This document shows positions 51,620 to 64,000 of a DNA stretch of 64,000 bases, piece after piece. Under the pieces are notes generated by a model that saw only the letters and a list, made by a program, of their open reading frames with translations, was not told where the DNA came from and made no database searches. Origin of the DNA: Camelus ferus. Lineage: Eukaryota. Location of the stretch: NCBI RefSeq assembly GCF_009834535.1, contig NC_045697.1, positions 89,034,001 to 89,098,000 of the forward strand, written 5' to 3'. Both the position numbers and the translations under genes were made by a program. Position 1 is the first letter of the stretch; the number at the start of each line of letters is the position of its first letter.

Positions 51620-52707
51620 AATATTTTCCTGGTGATGAGTTTTTAGATAAAACACCAAAAAAGCATGATCCAAAAGTATGATTCATGAAAAAAACAGACA
51701 GGTTACACTTTATGAAAATTAGACTTTTTGCATTGCAAAAAACACTGCTAAGAGAATGAAAAGACAAGTCATAGGCTAGGAGAAAATAGTAGCAAAATAT
51801 TTACCTATTAGGGAACTTGTATCCAAAATATACAAAGAATTCTTAAGATCAACAAGAAGAAAATACATAACCATTTTTTAAAAGTGGGCAAAAGATCTGA
51901 ACAGATACCTCACCAAGGGAGATATGCAGGTAGAAAATAGGCATATGAAAAGATGTTCAACATTATTGTCATCAGAGAATTACAGATTAAAAAAGCAAGA
52001 TATCATTACAAATGTACTAGAATGGCTAAAATCCAAAACACTGATAATATCAATCACTGGCAAGAAAGCAGAGCAGTAAAACTCTCACTCATTTCTGGTA
52101 CGAATTCAAAATGTTACAGCCGCTTTGGGAGTAAATCTGGCAGTTTCCTTGCAAATCTAAACATAATCTTACCATATGATGCAGAAACTCTACTCCTAGA
52201 TTACTGACCTTACTGATTTGAAAATATCTGTCCAAAAACTTGCATGCTTTATTCTCAACTGTCAAAAACTGGAAGCAACCAAGGTGTCCTTCAATAGGTG
52301 AATGGGTAAACTGTGTTATATCCATACAATAAATTAATATTCAGCAATTAAAACATGAGCCACTGAGTCATGCAAAGCAACTGATGGGATCTTAAACATA
52401 TTGTTAAGTGAAAAAAGTTAGTCTAAGAAGGTAATATGAGAAGGTAGCATATAACATATGGTTATAGAGTCAGGGGTTAGCATACACACATAAATACGTT
52501 TCCTTGTACTGTTGACTTAGAGGACCTAGAATCAATGACATACCAGTAGCTATGTGCACACCTAGCCCACAGATACTGGTTTCTAATACTGCCTTCCAAT
52601 AAAGGGAACCAGACTCCCTGGAGAACAACTCTTTTTAGGATTGGGGTAGGAAATAAACATGATTAGCCTGGAACTTCTTGTAATGCCAGAAACTGAAAAT
52701 GTTTGAA

Positions 52708-52754
<47 letters not shown>

Positions 52755-53675
52755 TGAGACATATCAAAGGGATACAGGAGCCAACTGAAAAGCTCCTAAT
52801 GGCCAAAGCTGAAACAATTTAAGTAACAAGGTGAAATATTAGATTATAACCCAGTGTATAAAATGAACACTCAAGAGTCCATACTGATATAAAGAAATGA
52901 CTGAAGGAATGAATGAATAAATAAATAAATAAATTGGGAGAAGAGACAAACTTGCTATACAGAAAAATTCCAAATCATATGTGTAGATATTGTGCCATCA
53001 AGGAGGTGAAGCATAACTTCCCACTCCATGCACATGGATTGCACACAGTAGCTTCCTTCCAAAGGAGGCAGTACGGAATGGTGGTGGGGCGAGGGGAGAG
53101 GGGAGGCAGTAACTTTTCAGTGGAGAAACCTGAGAAACACTGCCTTAGCCAGATGCTTAAGGTCAACATTAGCAGTGATACGTCATGTATCCTTGATAAG
53201 ATATGATGAAAATGGTACTTTACCCTGTGGTCTTCCTCCTCAAACCCCATAACCCAAGTATAACCATGAGAAAAAAAATCAGACAAATTCTTGTTGAGAG
53301 ACATTCTTCAAAATACCTGACCAGTACTCCGCAAAACTGTCAAGGTCATCAAAGACAAGGATCGAACATCTAAGAAACTATCACAGTCATGCGAAATCTA
53401 ACGGTACATGATGACTGAATGTAGTGTGTAGGATTTCCTAGATGGAATCCTGCAACATGAAAAGAGTATTAGATAAAAACCAAGCTGGATAAATTATGGA
53501 TTTTAATGAAGAATAACATAGCAATATTGGCTCCTTAATTCTAACAAAACTACCATGCTAATGTAAGATATTACTAATAAGGAAAAATGGGTACAGAAAT
53601 ATGGGAACTCTCTGTGCTATCCCCACAATTTTCTGTAAGTCTAAACTGTCCAAAAGTAAAAAGTTTATTTAAAAA
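51620..53675 (+). mobile_element. Old L1 (L1MD/L1MC3-like) ORF2 3' end plus long 3'UTR
   Basis: Decayed ORF2 C-terminus (IRELQIK..RYHY...RMAKIQNTDN). 3'UTR blocks caatgacataccagtagc...aataaagggaaccag and cagtggagaaacctg...aaggtcaacatt...aactgtcaaggtcatca. Confidence 0.85.
52710..52752. repeat. (AC)n microsatellite within the L1 3'UTR
   Basis: Directly visible. Confidence 0.96.
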
Positions 53676-55974
53676 TAATTTAAATTCCAACTCAATAAAA
53701 TGAAACAAAGCAAAAAATATTATTGTCCCTTTAAATATGGGTCAGGAGCTCTAAGTCAATTCATTATAATAACAGGCTATGCAATGCATATTAATGCAAA
53801 AAGAGAACACTGTACACATTTTTCACCCCTCTAACCCAAACTCATTTTTTAAGAATCCAGAAGAGACTGTCTAGATGGTCATGCAGTGACAACCTTGGAG
53901 CGTGGAAACATCTGGATGGTCATTTTCTGTGTTTTGCCTCTAAAAATGTCTGAATATTTCAAGGCAAAATAGCATGAAAATATCCTGAATACAAAAATAT
54001 TAATAATATACTAAAATGGAAGGGTTCTAGGTCTGATGGAAAAACAGTCCAATAACAAGATTTATTTTCAAAACCTAATCTTTAACAATAAAAAACACCT
54101 TTGTAATTCAGGCCTGTAGGTATTTCTTTCGTTAGTGAAATCTTTTGAATGCCCTAAATAATTGCTTTCAGAAGCCAGCAACTCAAATTGAAGTTGGAAG
54201 TATTGTTTATACAGGTGGTTTGCCTACTGGAAGTCAAAATTCTTACTTTTGTTATCCTTATCAATTATTCTGAGACTTTGTTTAGTGTCTGCCAGTTTTT
54301 ATAACAACAGAAGACTCTTTTTAAAAATTGCTGACATAACATTTATCAATTTATTCTAAGAGTAACATTCTGTTTCCAAATAAAAAAAAATCAAGAGTGG
54401 AGGAAAATGCTTGGATGATTAAATATTGTCAGTTATATGATTCTCTCAGGTTTAAATATTTAAAGTATGTCAATAAAATTAATAATATGCAAAGTTCTTA
54501 GCAGTACGAGGTTGACTCAGAATAGATTAGAAGTATTGTCGGTATTGTCAATTATGAGCTCAGACAATCCAGACATTAAAAAAAAAAAATCATTTTAACA
54601 AAAAGGTAAGAATGTTTCCAGAAGTACACAAGAGAGCTCCTGGATTGAAATTATTCACATTATTAAAAAAACAGGTACTTGGTTGGGGGCTGTAGGTAAA
54701 GCGAGGGTTGCTCAACCAGGGAAGCACAGAAACTGGAGAGGTCAGAGGCAAGAGAAGGTTGTGGCCATTACTCATGTAAGTGCTGGGTATGAGACGTGGT
54801 CGTCATATTCTACTGGTAAGTTTCTGAATCATGGATCTATCCAGGGGACTGATGGTCAGCATTAACCTTCAGGAATGTAAGCTTCCATCTCAGGTACTCA
54901 CATGTCTCTAACGGGGAACTTCTACTTTCCCGCTACTAATTACACAAAAGACAGAAGATGAACTTCAGAAGTAAACATTCAGAATTACCAGAAAGAAGAA
55001 GAAAAGAGAGGGAAATTCAATAGTCTTTGGATGCTCCAGCTAGGCATATACCCACTCTGCCAGAAGGGAGGGAAGGGCATTAGGTCAGAGATGTTGCAGG
55101 GTAGATGAGCCCACATGGGATTTATAACTCATTTTTTAAATTGAGAGCCCAAAGGGTCTCATTCCCATCAACCTCTGTGATAATAATACAGTGTACACAG
55201 GATTTTCCTAGGGTGAAAAAGGTCATATGATTCATTCTGGAAGCTGGAGGCTTCAGAGTGCTTTCTCATTGGCCTGGCAGCTGAGTCGGTCTAAAGAGGA
55301 TAGTAAAAGTGCAGGGTTGCATCAGTCTAAAAAAGTAGTGAACCAACATAGTATAGGAAGAGCTTCTTGTCACCTAATTCTTATTTTGAAACCTAGCTCA
55401 CTGAGCAAGCTAGTGAATACAGCGTGGCTTCCCCAAAGGAGTATCAGCAAGGAGACAATGTTCTGGCCAGAGGACTCAAGTGCCTGGTCCCCTCATTGTA
55501 AATAACTAAATCAGGGCTTTGATTTTTAAAATAAATCCCTTGAGCTTATTTAATATCACTGGGCCCCTTAGAAATAGACAACTAGTTTTCAGACTCTGGA
55601 AAGGCTGGGGGCCAGACTCGGAGCCAGGCAAATCTACCAAGGTAATGAGACTCCAAGAGGTCTGTTGGAAGGCAGCCTGCTGGCATTCCCTAGCAACACT
55701 CCCTCTTCTTCATGGTTTGAGCCAAGTCTGATCATTTTTCCAAGGTGAACTTTGCAATGGGTATTTTGTAGTAACAAAATTAAAATAATACTGTTCATTT
55801 GTGCAGCTTGCTGTGGTTTAAAACATGTTTTCATAGAGATGATTACATTTAATAAAGAAGTTTTTAAAGCATATTTATTGTTCCACTCATTTTACAGATG
55901 AATAAATAAAACCCGGATGTGTCATGTGCCCATACATTTTGCTCTCATATCAGACTTTTTTCCTTCAAAAATAC

Positions 55975-56140
55975 TACCCTCTGGAAGGAAGCATGAGCAG
56001 GAGGTGTTCCTGATGCAGGTACAGTTCTGTTTACCTGAGCGGGATGCTGGTTACACAGGTGTGTTCAATTTGTGAAAATGCATCAATCTAGACACTTGTG
56101 AAATGTACATGTTTATGTAAACAATTATACTTTAAAAAGT
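55975..56140 (+). mobile_element. Old L1 (L1ME/MB-like) 3' terminus
   Basis: ggttacacaggtgtgttcaatttgtgaaaatgcatcaa...acacttgtga...ttatactttaaaaa. Confidence 0.7.
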
Positions 56141-58193
56141 CAATTAATGTTTAAATAAAAACTAGCTAGAAAAGAAAAATAAATAATGCTTTTATTGTTG
56201 TTTTGTCTATCTTAAAATTTAAAAAAATAAGCTCACCAGCACATTTTCAGCTAAAATTTGATCTAACTGAGTTATCTCTTTCATCTAAGTAATTCTTAAA
56301 GCTACCTATATAATAGTGTCACCAAGTTACAGGTTCTTGGCTATTTAAAAAAATAATAATAAAGAGTAAGAGAAATGAGTGTGGCACTGTACCTACTAGT
56401 ACATATTTGAAGAAACTGATAAACGTTATGAATAAACAAGGATCATAAATCACATTAAAATTCCTAGGATTCCATAGGACTGGGCAAATTGTACCTACAA
56501 GTGACAAATTAATTATTCACAGTAATATTTCTAAGAGTTAGATGACCTTGCAGATTAAGGTTTGCGTGGGGATGGGTAGGGAGATGGGGGAATTGAGCTG
56601 GATCAGCTAACTGAATACATGTGTTACTGAATTAGACTACAGGGAAAGTCCATAAGGGTTTAATAGGAAGATCAATTCACATGTCCACTTCCCATGTTTG
56701 AGGTATCTCACAAAGGAGAATTATAAATCCTCACACTGTTTCCATTTCATTTGTAAAGACTAGTCTGGAAACACCCTATACAGAGAGGTGATTTGGCCTC
56801 AGATATTGGAAACTGTAAACGTGTCTGTTGGGTCTTTTCAAAGTAACCAATGAATACCAGGCTCTCGAGAAAGTAGGACTCCATCCGGAAGTTGGGGGCT
56901 GTCTCACACAAACACAAAGGATCACTAAATCTACTCTAAAAATAATCTTAAAAACTAAGTGAATAAATAATTTTTTTAAAAATCAGAGAGGAGGATTCTC
57001 TGAGGAAGTGACATTTTGGATAACACTGGAAGTGAGGACTCAGCAACTGAGTAAAGGGTAAGACCACATCTCACCCGTACAAGTAGGAGGTGGGGTTGCC
57101 CCCCAAAGAAAGTTTCTCTTTTAAAGAGGTAAACCCCTGATTGCAAAGACACAAGTTATAAATAAGGATCTCTATGAAAACAACCCCTTGTAAAACATCT
57201 ACTTCGTTAGATACTTTCCCTTTGTTGGCAGTCATACAAAACAAATGTTAAAAACTTTGGCCTCTCTCCCCTCTTATACTTATAGAGGAAAGATTCTCTC
57301 TCAGTCTCAGCTGCCTTTGAAGCCACCCTACGAGGCACAGACAGAGGTCCCCATAAGAGTCTCTAGGGAAGGAAAATAATTTTTCCAGATTGGCGGTAAC
57401 TCTGTGTTTGAAGAAAACAATATCAGACGCTAACAGAATTAACTCAGGAGCCCTTCAAGAAACCCAGTTGAAAAAGCCCACTGAACCCATCTACTATTTG
57501 ACCCTAGTTCCCTGATTCTCTGATTTATGATTCTAACTGAGGGGTGTCCCAACCATCTCAGTGGGAAATTAGGCCTGAGCATAAAATGTATGCTTTGGGT
57601 ATTTTTTTGGTTTTGTTTTTGTTTTAGCCTCCTCTTTATCTATCTGATAACCCCAAGTGATTTAAGTTAAAGACACAACCCTCTTCCTATTATATTTTAA
57701 TAGTATGAAATAGTGAAAATGCATAAGGAAGAGTCTTGCAGACCATTAATTTCTGGGCCAGGAAACCCGCATTCAATGTTTAAACTTCTCAGGCCCCGCT
57801 CTGAGTAATTAGTAACACCAATCAGTGAAGACATATCCCCTTGTATTAGTACTTGTACGTGAAATTGTGGAATATAAACAGACAGGATCGTAAAATTATG
57901 TGCCCTAATACTCATTATTCCAGTGACACCCACCAAAAGAAAGCAGAATCCTGAGGAAGGAGAATATAGCAACAGCGTTCAGCAGGTAGCTAGCAACAGA
58001 GTAAGGAGCATCACACAGCACAGCCAAGAGCAGAGCGGAGAATCCCCAAATACACAGGAACAGCTTCTACGTGGATCACTTGAGAAGGATTAAAAAAATA
58101 TCCTGGGTTACCTGGGTATATATTTCTTTGGTTATTTTACATGTCATTTCCCCAGTTCTCTATCTGAAATACGATTTTCACCAGTGCTGATAA

Positions 58194-58252
58194 CCTTATT
58201 CATTTGTCCTTATTCATTTGTCCTTATTTGAGCGTGTCCTTATTCATTTGTC
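58194..58252. repeat. 14-bp minisatellite (ccttattcatttgt) x3 plus one variant unit
   Basis: Units at 58194, 58208 and 58238; 16-bp variant at 58222. Confidence 0.9.
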
Positions 58253-58424
58253 ATCATTACAATGTTAGGACTGGAGAAAACAGAACAATTCTTCCTTTCA
58301 CATAATATATTCAGAATTGAAGACTATTAGCAAACACAGATTTGCTTGTGTGCTCTGTATGCTTGTATGCTCTGTATATCAAAAGCTTCTTAAAACAATA
58401 TTATACATTTTATAATTATTTCAT

Positions 58425-60171
58425 CAAGATAAAGGATTTATTTCCCCACTCATTAAATGTGGGCTGGGTTGCTCTCGTTAACTTACTGTGGAAGAAGTTA
58501 TGGAGTGCTAGTTCCTAGTCCATGCCTCAAGAAACCTTGCATGCTTCCACTTATCCTTTTTGCATCCCCACCATCATTACAAGGACAGGTCTAGGATCAT
58601 CTGATTGAGGACAAGAGGCCCGCGGCCCAGTCTTTCCTGCTGGACCAGCAATAGCCAGCCAAATAAGAGATCTGTAATAGAGATCATCTTAGACTAGTCA
58701 GCTTACAAGTTAATTTCAGACATACTGAACAAGGCCAGGTCAGACCAGCATGACTGCCCAACTGACTCAGACTCAGGAGCAATAATAAATCCTTGCTGTT
58801 TTAAGCCACAGAATTTTGTGTTTATTTCTTAAACTGTAAGAAGTAATGGATGTAGAAGTTGGTACATAGTAGTGGCTGCTACTGACTTAAAATACGAGAC
58901 TGGTTGAAGAACAAAGCAATAAGCAGATGATGGAAATATAATGAGCAAATATTTTGTAGAGGTTGGAAAATGGTGAGAGATTGCTATTGAAGGCTGGAAA
59001 AATAGAGCCTTATGTTATAAACTAACAAAACAATTGGCAAGACTATACTGACAGATATTTTCTTACTAAACTGATAGACATTGGCAAAAATGATTTTCAG
59101 ACAAAATGTTTAAAATGTCAGCTGGCTTCTTTTAGTGGCAATATGATAAGGGAGTACAGAAAAATATGAGTTAGAGCAGCAGTCAGTGAACTTTTTTTGT
59201 AAAGGGCCAAGTAGTAACTTTGTGACTATTCAATCTCTGTCTCAGTTTTCAACTCCGCTATTGCAGTGCAAAAACAGTCAGAACCAATATGTAAATGAGT
59301 AAGTGTGGCTGGGTTTTAAAAAACCCTGTTTATGGACACCAAAATGCAAATATAACATAATTTACAGGTATCACAAGATGTTATCCTTGTTTTGATTTTT
59401 TTAAAACTATAGAAAAGAAAATTTAACAAATAGTCTTAGGTCACAGCCCACATAAAAATAGGAGGTGGGCTGAATTTGGCCTGCAGCTCTTAGATTGCAA
59501 ACCTCTGGACTAGAGAAAGACCTGATCAGTTTTCAAGAAATATTTAGAGGAATCTAAGAAAAATAAAAGCAAAATTGTTTCTTGAATTCTGTCTTCCCAA
59601 CTAGTGAGGGTTCCAACATAAAACAAGTTTTGAGGACAAGATCAAGTTGAGTGAGTTATTATAAAACCCTTTATTAAGACTTATAACTCAGTGCCCAGGC
59701 CTCCCTTTCAGCTACATAAAAATGTTTCTAAGAAACTTAAGAGTCTCATCCCATAATCTTCTGACATGGCCAAAACTGCCAGGAGTAAATCTAGAGAGAG
59801 ATGCATGTCTCTCAAATAATTGTCTATTTGGCTATTAGAACGGACTTGAGTCTGATTCAGAGGAAGCTTGCAACGTCTTTGAGCTTTACTTTCAAAAGAA
59901 CGTCATTCTCTTGAAACTTGCTCTGCTAGTGGATGAATAAATCTAAACTAGCAGGAGAGTAAAACAAGGTGCCCCTATCAGCATCCAGCAAACTCCTAGA
60001 AGCAGAGCTGCCAAGATCACTGCCAGAAAACCACAGATGAGGAAGGAGATGGTCCTGGACTGGAACAGCCACCTTGCTGACCTATAGACTCCTAAGCAGT
60101 AATACATCCTTCCTTTCTAGGCCACTAAAGTGTAGGATGCTTTGTTGTACTGCAATAGGAATGCTGATACA
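58425..60171 (+). mobile_element. MLT1F/G/H-type MaLR provirus remnant (LTR, internal region, partial LTR)
   Basis: The 5' LTR ends aataaatccttgctgttttaagccac...ggatgta and is followed by the MLT-int start gaagttggtac. A second LTR end is ggccactaaagtgtaggatgctttgttgtactgcaatag...ctgataca. Confidence 0.7.
59177..59507 (+). mobile_element. MER58B (hAT-Charlie) inserted in the MaLR internal region
   Basis: cagcagtcagtgaactttttttgtaaagggcca...gtgggctgaatttggcctgcag...aacctctg. Degenerate 8-bp TSD agttagag / gactagag. Confidence 0.85.
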
Positions 60172-63100
60172 GAATATTCCATTATTCATTTGTTTATCTT
60201 AGCATTTTGGTTGGGGGTCGGCAGGGCTTAAGTTTAAGAAAGCAAACTATATTGAAATAGTTCTTATGCATAATATATTTAGAATTACAAAATAATACTG
60301 AATGCTAATCAGATTTGTATATGCTATGTATAGTAAAAAGTAGTTTCTCAAAATGAAGGAATGGCTTAGTTTTTACTAACTATATGTACCATGTATACTT
60401 GGCTGGATGTTTTGAAATATAGCATAGTGGAGTGAATAAAATCCATCAGTGAAACTAAATCAAGTGTACAGTGCACAGTTTTCCAGGTCACGAAACCTGC
60501 ATTTGTATTAAAAAATAATCTACATATTGATATTCATTGTTGAGTAACAGATCTTCAAATGCCTTTGAACGTTAGTATTTGTTTGCTTTGCTTAATTTTA
60601 TTTATTTTAACCTTAAAATATAAAGGCAAAAACCCCCAAACAACACTGCCCTGAAAAAAAATGCAAGAAAACTACCAAATATAACCATTTTGATGTTTCA
60701 GAGTAGGTAGGTCACGCATTGAAGGAAAAGTTCTCTCTTCGAGGAGGGTAAACTTAATGCTTAGCCTGCATATTTCAGCAGCTCTGGAGGGCCATGGCTC
60801 ACACAGTTTGCACACACTATAAATTTTGTAGCTAAAATCTGTGACAAGAAAATCAGGATTGACTCAAGAGCAGGTCAACTAAACAATCCCTAATTGAACT
60901 TGAGTTCATTTTTAGGCTTATTTTCATTGCTGACAGGAGAGAAAGCGGGAAGCTTGCTCATAAAATACCCAATGCAAGAATGTCGTTGTCTCTACCTGTG
61001 GGTCCTTTAAAATCACCGTCAATACCTGAAAAGGGAGTGGACCTTTCTTAGCTATCTGGTTAGCTTGTGGGATTCTGTAAAATTTAAACTGTTTGTCTAA
61101 AATACGTAGCACCAATTAAGAGGAAAAAGAATTTGTCTTAAATGATCAAACTGGAAAAAATGACTAGAAAACCCCTCTGGTCATTTTTTTCCCCCTCTGC
61201 TCTCCTAACCATCATTTATGGGCCAACTGAGAGATGAAAGAAAGGATGTTAAAGGCCCTGGAGATATTGTAGCTGCATTAGCAAAGTACCAGAACACATG
61301 TAAAAAGCTTGTAAAGCATTTGGCACTACAAATCTGACATATAAACTGTGCTACAATTGTCTTCATTTCCTCTTGTCTCTGACTCATTCTTGCTCTCTTA
61401 TTCTGATGATAGAAGTGATGACCTGGAGGAAAATTAGAAAGCATTCTAACATGCAAATTTCCTGCACTCCAAAATAATTGTACTAGGTGACATTTTAAAA
61501 TGGGAAGAAAAGCTTACTGTACAGTCACTGGCATTACTGAATGTAATGTTTTATTATGGTTTCTAAGTTACCTCATCTATGACTGTGATCTTACATATTA
61601 CTAGGTAATCCTTTCTGCAGTATGGAGAGTAATCTTCAATAAAGATGAAAAGATATTATGTAAAGTCATATTCAATTTTGTAATTTTAAGAAATGTGGAA
61701 GGATTGGCTGAAATTACTCAATGTTAAGGGCTAGTAGAAAATTCATTGCTTGATCCATGCCCCATGTGAATGGGACTCAAACTGATTACTATTACTGTCA
61801 AATATATTCTGGTAAACCCAGTGTGTATCACCACTAAATAGCCTTATGAAAAAATAAGTTACGTGAAATTGTAAGGATAAATTAAAAAGGAAAAGAGAAA
61901 CTCTAATTGAGTCCAAAACTTCCTAAGGGTTTACAAATGTAAGAAACTGAGAATAATTAAAAAAAATTAAGGTATCAATTTTGTTTTTCCAGAATGGAGA
62001 CATAAGAAATCACACCCACAGAGAGCATTAGATCGTGGATGATAAATTCCGTTACACTCAAACGTACTCTACAGTTTACTTCCATGCAATGTTACTTATC
62101 CAAGTGTTTGAATATCAATCAAGTTAATTCTGGGATACTGAGGAGATCAGTTTCTATAAATATATAGATTTTTATTATTATTCAGTTGTATGTGTGAAAA
62201 GTAAGAAATAATCACTCATTGGAGACAGTTTTATAACCAGCAGAGAAGTATACTGTAAATAAGTTGATTGTCCAATTTAATATATCTTATACGTCACAAA
62301 ATAAACCAAGTTGTATTTTTCCACAGTTATGCTTGGGAAATTACTTTTTTAGATTCTTACAAATCTCTTAGGTTCCTGAGTGCTCTTGGAATTACTACCA
62401 TTTAGGGAAGACACTGAAATGGAATATTCCAAACAAGTCTTCAAACAGACATTTGCAAAGTCACTACAGGAAAAAGATGGTAGAGTTCACAAATGTAAAC
62501 GGTGATTTGTGGTCTGAGATAAAATTTACAATTACAACATGCATAGATTTTAAAATTGTGTTTTATATTTCAAAAAGAAGCTCTGGAGACGACAATGGCC
62601 TATGCCAAAAATAGAGGTCCAAATTTAAATACATTAATTCACACAATGTAAGAATAGGGAAAAAAATGCCATTTTGTAATTCAGTGCATTATTTTATATC
62701 ATTTAAAACTTTGCATATTTAATACATCTAAAATATTAATTCTTAGCTCTTCTTTTTGAAGAAATGAATAGTAGTTGTAGCTTGACCTTAGAACACATGG
62801 TATTGCTAAGATGATTTGGTGACTATGGCCAGAATATTATAAAGTAGAATGTAGTGGGAATAAAATGTAGAGAATAGTGTTGAAGTGAAAAATGACTTTG
62901 ATATTATGGGAAGAGGCAGACATTATGGAAGATGCAAACTTTTAGTTAAGAAAAGCGAATTCCAGAAATAAAGATGAGGGAAAGTTGGACTTATTTGAGG
63001 CTAGTGTAAAAATGATCTTAGGGACAAAAGGTTAGCATAACTAATATGAGTCATTGTGATGTTTTTATCACTAAAATAGAATTTAAAGGCTTGGCATTTA

Positions 63101-64000
63101 GTTTTACATTATCCCCAAAGTAAATGTTACTTATAAATTTGGGTCATTATGTTGAAAATCTGGTAAGAGTTATAATCCTCTTCCCTAAAATGTTTACATA
63201 AACACATCATTCAGCTAACAAATTCTGGAAAGCTATAGGCCTTTCTGCTTTTTGCCTTCAAGTAATTAGCATCCACTAGAGAGCAAGGTGCCTTGTCTCC
63301 CGACCAGGCAAATTAGTTCTCTGTTTTGGCACTGAAAATTGAGAATCATGGAATGTCAGTACAAACTTTTCTAAACAGACAAAAAAAGCCTTTAATTAAA
63401 CAACTAATATATATACTAATTCTATTCCTGATTAGAATTATGGAAAATATAATATTTAAGGTAAAATTTTAAAAAATTAAAAAACTGGCATTCAACTTTA
63501 AAGTGATGAATTCTCTTTTTTTTAAAAGTTTTTTTTTTTTAATTAACTTCTGGTGCCCTATCCATTGCTTTTACAATATTACTGTTTTCTTTCTGATGAA
63601 ACTAAAGACTTAGAAAGCAGGAACTATGTATTAGTTGCTGTGACTCCAGCAATTAAAGCAACTAAACCAAAGTGTTTAGTGTCTGCTTCCCCCAAACACA
63701 TGGTTGCACACACCTCCTGCACCTGCTTCAACTCTGACCTCATCAAGCAAGCTTACTGCCTTGGCTCCCAAAGCCTTCACCCCTCAGGCGCTAAGAGCTA
63801 AGAGCTGTCCCTCTCTATACTGCTGCTGGTTTTAGACAGTGGTTCCCGTTAGCTAGTGACAGAAAGATAGCAGTATTCATGCTTCTTGGGTCCTCTCAGG
63901 AGTCACCTTTCCAGAGTCCACCTTATAATCTCCAAGTGGTTTCCAGAGCTTCTCATCAGTGCAGAGCAAGTTAAATCAATACCAAGTGCACAGTCAACTG

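Noticed and set aside
58194..58252. CRISPR-like repeat array
   Set aside because: The 14-bp units are head-to-tail without unique spacers, the context is eukaryotic and there are no cas genes. It is a simple minisatellite.

Overview
This is a mammalian non-coding window, almost certainly camelid (alpaca, llama or camel), since it carries four Vic-1-type tRNA-derived SINEs and cetartiodactyl L1 3' ends. It is AT-rich, CpG-depleted and dense in repeats, consistent with intergenic or deep-intronic DNA. I found no intact protein-coding gene, RNA gene or CRISPR array; the listed ORFs are chance ORFs or decayed transposon and pseudogene frames. The one recognisable gene-derived sequence is an old, 5'-truncated, intronless NUP58 (NUPL1) retro-pseudogene on the minus strand. 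Its coding-derived part is 47061-47753, and 3'UTR-like sequence extends leftwards. The rest is a layered transposon record: old L1M, L2 and MIR; ERV1, ERVL and MaLR LTRs; hAT and Tigger DNA elements, including a MER97-type element that still shows the hAT dimerisation domain; and younger L1 and Vic-1 insertions with target-site duplications (TSDs). Several unique stretches have splice-site or transcription-factor-motif character and could belong to an unannotated lncRNA or to enhancers, but this is speculative. I found no convincing evidence for a novel biological system. Repeat family names come from recalled consensus sequences, not a database search, and old-repeat boundaries are approximate.
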